Positions 31,956 through 32,000 of a DNA stretch of 32,000 nucleotides are shown here, one piece after another. Source of the stretch: Pirellula staleyi DSM 6068 (lineage in GTDB: Bacteria > Planctomycetota > Planctomycetia > Pirellulales > Pirellulaceae); contig CP001848.1 of the NCBI GenBank assembly GCA_000025185.1, positions 690,001 to 722,000 of the forward strand, given 5' to 3'. Position 1 is the first letter of the stretch. Each line of letters starts with the position of its first letter. The position numbers and the translations under genes were made by a program. The notes under the pieces were generated by a model that saw only the letters and a list, made by a program, of their open reading frames with translations, did not search any database and was not told the DNA's origin.

Positions 31956-31972
31956 GCAGAAGGAGCTGATGC

Positions 31973-32000
31973 ATGGCGAGTGTGAGCACGCCCCGGTCTG
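31973..32000 (+). CDS. start of an unidentified CDS running off the window (only 9 codons visible)
   Basis: AGGAG (31961-31965) lies 7 nt upstream of ATG 31973 (MASVSTPRS...). The frame is open to the window end. Confidence 0.25.

Overview
This is a high-GC bacterial chromosomal window; lines I counted by hand inside genes are about 60% G+C. I infer Planctomycetota (Pirellulales-like) from protein idioms: an N-terminal 'LQVESLEPRLLMTA' motif on a large secreted protease, a golvesin-like C-terminal domain, a sulfatase-fold homolog, DUF1475, long non-coding gaps and few Shine-Dalgarno sites. I can support about 23 protein-coding genes. On the plus strand: a membrane protein fragment, a DUF900 hydrolase lipoprotein, a catalytically dead sulfatase homolog, a 1350-aa secreted protein, the lipid kinase YegS, an ECF sigma factor, a TPP-dependent decarboxylase-like enzyme and an N-formylglutamate-amidohydrolase-like protein. 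On the minus strand: a MOSC protein, a CheY-like response regulator, a dipeptide epimerase, a secreted WD40 protein, DUF1475, an 819-aa metzincin, a Tat-signal metallophosphoesterase, an 899-aa anchored protein, a cupin, DUF4105 and Mpg glycosylase. I found no rRNA, tRNA, CRISPR array, integrase or transposase, and no recognisable defence system. Five things deserve a second look. (1) A ~1.7-kb low-GC islet (about 12.7-14.4 kb) has its own sigma70-like promoter, SD sites and terminators, carries only orphan small ORFs, and shows an unresolved frame overlap and a possible antisense transcript. (2) Two ~205-bp MITE-like elements with terminal inverted repeats lie in opposite orientation at 624-828 and 30325-30530, bracketing almost the whole window. 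They share a CACTGG/CCAGTG hairpin theme with a hairpin cluster downstream of the sigma gene. (3) Three long non-coding stretches (10.8-11.9 kb, 20.25-21.19 kb, 31.38-31.97 kb) contain hairpin plus T-run signatures suggesting unannotated RNAs or leaders. (4) The sulfatase homolog is a pseudo-enzyme. (5) Several very large planctomycete-type proteins have no assignable function. All family calls come from motif recognition by eye; no database search was possible.
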